Of a stretch of 64,000 nt of DNA, positions 63,794-64,000 are shown piece by piece. A model generated the notes under the pieces. The model was not told where the DNA came from. It made no database searches and saw nothing but the letters and a program-made list of their open reading frames with translations. Position 1 is the first letter of the stretch; the number at the start of each line of letters is the position of its first letter. A program made the translations under genes and the position numbers. This stretch comes from an uncultured Erysipelotrichaceae bacterium. GTDB lineage: Bacteria; Bacillota_I; Bacilli_A; RFN20; CAG-826. The stretch spans positions 39,370 to 103,369 of the forward strand of contig CADBUI010000010.1 of assembly GCA_902797855.1 (NCBI GenBank). Reading direction: 5' to 3'.

Positions 63794-64000
63794 TACAATT
63801 TCCTCCTTAAATCAGCAATAAGTATTATAGTGATTATTCACTATTTTATCAATTATTATAATATAACTCTATATTTCCTAGCGATAGCCTTCCTTTGTTT
63901 CTATCACCCACAGGATTATTGGATAATTGAATCTTTATTCCGTAGTACTGATCATCAGTTGGAAGATAAAATACATTAGTTGCCAGGTCTTCAAAAGAAT

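Noticed and set aside
1-64000. Alternative genetic code (TGA = Trp), and a scan for CRISPR arrays, tRNA/rRNA genes and transposases.
   Set aside because: TGA terminates conserved genes at the expected length (dtd, nadE, dinJ), and no conserved gene needs TGA read-through. No repeat-spacer array, cloverleaf-like intergenic sequence, rRNA-like segment or transposase-like ORF was seen.

Overview
A 64 kb, low-GC (about one third G+C) chromosomal segment of a Firmicutes/Mollicutes-like bacterium. TGA is used as a stop codon (dtd, nadE, dinJ), so this is not a code-4 mycoplasma. The abundance of lipobox lipoproteins and the absence of wall genes such as mltG next to ruvX suggest an Acholeplasma-like or related wall-less lineage (inference only). 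The backbone is housekeeping and largely collinear with the Bacillus yrv/yqe/yne clusters: pdp-dtd-mnmA; alaS-ruvX-DUF1292-greA; radC; rplU-prp-rpmA-obg-nadE-ruvAB; secDF-recJ...relA...hisS-aspS-tkt; asp23-nusB-xseAB-dxs; dinB-xerD-deoB; yqeG-yqeH-nadD/yqeK-rsfS; parE-parC; plsY; efp. Lineage-specific material interrupts this backbone. It includes ten lipoprotein genes, among them a barnase-family RNase lipoprotein, OB-fold/Big_2 lipoproteins and a tandemly duplicated two-gene lipoprotein module. It also includes a RhuM-like/PLD-like gene with a decayed upstream copy, and a DinJ-YafQ toxin-antitoxin pair. The most interesting non-coding signal is a 21-codon Tyr/Phe-rich leader ORF plus terminator. 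It lies upstream of a PF04392-type (putative Trp/Tyr) ABC importer and about 400-500 bp from a compact alaS T-box on the opposite strand. Other observations are three unannotated small membrane-protein ORFs, a ~45-nt element shared by two loci, phased TTAGTAG repeats at three loci, and an EF-P lacking the canonical KPGKG loop. I saw no rRNA, tRNA, CRISPR array or transposase. All calls rest on reading the sequence and recalled family motifs; no searches were run.
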